NCBI GenBank assembly: GCA_964406665.1 | Contig: CAYOSQ010000003.1 | Location: 38,641 to 102,640 of the forward strand | DNA: 64,000 nucleotides | Reading direction: 5' to 3' | Source: an uncultured Planctomycetia bacterium | GTDB taxonomy: Bacteria; Omnitrophota; Gorgyraeia; VGKH01; JBHPFN01 | Shown: in pieces, positions 62,935 to 64,000 of the stretch | Layout of the letters: each line of letters opens with the position of its first letter | Numbering within the stretch: the first letter of the stretch is position 1 | Position numbers and translations under genes: made by a program | The notes under the pieces: generated by a model | Database searches by the model: none | The model's input: the letters and a program-made list of their open reading frames with translations, nothing else | What the model was told of the DNA's origin: nothing

Positions 62935-64000
62935 ATGGATAAACTTGTTGTTTACGGTGGAAAGTCATTACGGGGGACTGTTTCAATAGGTGGAGCAAAG
63001 AACGCAGTCTTGCCTATTCTGGCCGCAACTCTGCTTACTGATAAACCGTGTGTTATCAAGCGCGCCCCTCGTCTTAGGGATACTTTGACCATGCTTAGAA
63101 TTTTACGTTCTTTGGGCAAGCCGATAGAATTTGAAGGTGATACTATTATAGTCGGCAAAAGTAATTCAGATAAATACACAGCTGATTACGATTTAGTTTC
63201 TACCATGAGAGGTTCATTTTGTGTATTAGGTCCTCTACTGGCAAAGTTGAATATTGCTAAAGTATCTTTACCGGGAGGATGCGTTATCGGAGTGCGTCCT
63301 GTAGATTTACATTTAAAAGGTATAAAAGCACTCGGTGCTGATTTACAAATAGATTCAGGTTACGTTGTGGCTAAGGCTAAGCGTTTGAAGGGAAGCCATG
63401 TATATCTTGGGGGTGAATTTGGAGCTTCTGTTTTAGCAACAGCAAATGTGATGATGGCTGCAACTTTGGCAAAGGGAGAAACTATTATAGAAGCTGCTGC
63501 TTGTGAGCCGGAAGTAATTGATTTGGCAAATTTTCTCAATAAAATGGGAGCTAAGATAAATGGACAAGGTACGCCGCAAATAGTTATTCAAGGGGTGAAA
63601 GAACTTCACGGAGCGGAGCATTCTGTAATTTCTGATAGAATTGAGGCAGGAACCTTTATGATTGCAGCTGCAATAACTAAAGGTGATGTATTGATACAGG
63701 GCATAAATTGGCAGAATCTTTTAGCTTTAATTGATAAATTACAAGGCGCAGGAGTTACTATAAAAAAATCACAAGGGCAGATACGTGTTAAAATGAGCAG
63801 AAGGCCAAGGCCACTGAATACAACAACATTTCCCTATCCGGGTTTTCCTACAGATATGCAGGCACAGTTTATGGCTTTGATGTCAATCGCCCCCGGCGTT
63901 AGCGTAATTACTGAAAAAGTTTATCCAGATAGATTTATGCATATTGCAGAATTAAATAGAATGGGTGCAAATATTTTACGCGAAGGCCCTCATGCAATTA
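62935..64000 (+). CDS. murA: UDP-N-acetylglucosamine 1-carboxyvinyltransferase (3'-truncated; absent from the ORF track)
   Basis: Manual translation from ATG 62935: MDKLVVYGG..GAKNAVLP, LPGGCVIGVRPVDLH (active Cys), DRIEAGT, YPGFPTDMQAQ. Confidence 0.96.
   Translation, partial: MDKLVVYGGKSLRGTVSIGGAKNAVLPILAATLLTDKPCVIKRAPRLRDTLTMLRILRSLGKPIEFEGDTIIVGKSNSDKYTADYDLVSTMRGSFCVLGPLLAKLNIAKVSLPGGCVIGVRPVDLHLKGIKALGADLQIDSGYVVAKAKRLKGSHVYLGGEFGASVLATANVMMAATLAKGETIIEAAACEPEVIDLANFLNKMGAKINGQGTPQIVIQGVKELHGAEHSVISDRIEAGTFMIAAAITKGDVLIQGINWQNLLALIDKLQGAGVTIKKSQGQIRVKMSRRPRPLNTTTFPYPGFPTDMQAQFMALMSIAPGVSVITEKVYPDRFMHIAELNRMGANILREGPHAI

Overview
AT-rich, densely coding bacterial chromosome segment in which every credible gene (65 CDS) lies on the + strand. 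It is mostly housekeeping: Kdo/LPS export (kdsBADC, fused lptC-lptA, lptB), tig-clpP, serine synthesis, purA, glycogen genes, uppS-cdsA-dxr-rseP-ispG-proS-rimP-nusA-infB, trpS-scpA-ruvB, queuosine genes, trmD-rplS-rnhB, and polA-glgA-coaE-rho-rpmE-prfA-prmC-murA. It also carries a partial Wood-Ljungdahl cluster (fhs-fchA-folD-metF-cooC-cooS-cooF-FNOR-acsB, without acsCDE). Gene content suggests an anaerobic diderm, probably Candidatus Omnitrophota (inference, not searched). The most unusual part is an array of three secreted paralogs at 8713-10886 with its own predicted promoter. They share a post-signal 'TYYPAPYG' motif and a tail-fibre-like stalk motif, and together carry four copies of a Cys-scaffold tip module (CY.S[YF]C...CSF...[YF]LCCK) with hypervariable loops and mosaic relationships. 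This is a candidate diversified surface-adhesin system, and a possible periplasmic thiol-redox module lies 2-5 kb downstream. No rRNA, tRNA, CRISPR array or mobile element was recognised. All assignments come from motif recognition by eye, with no database searches.
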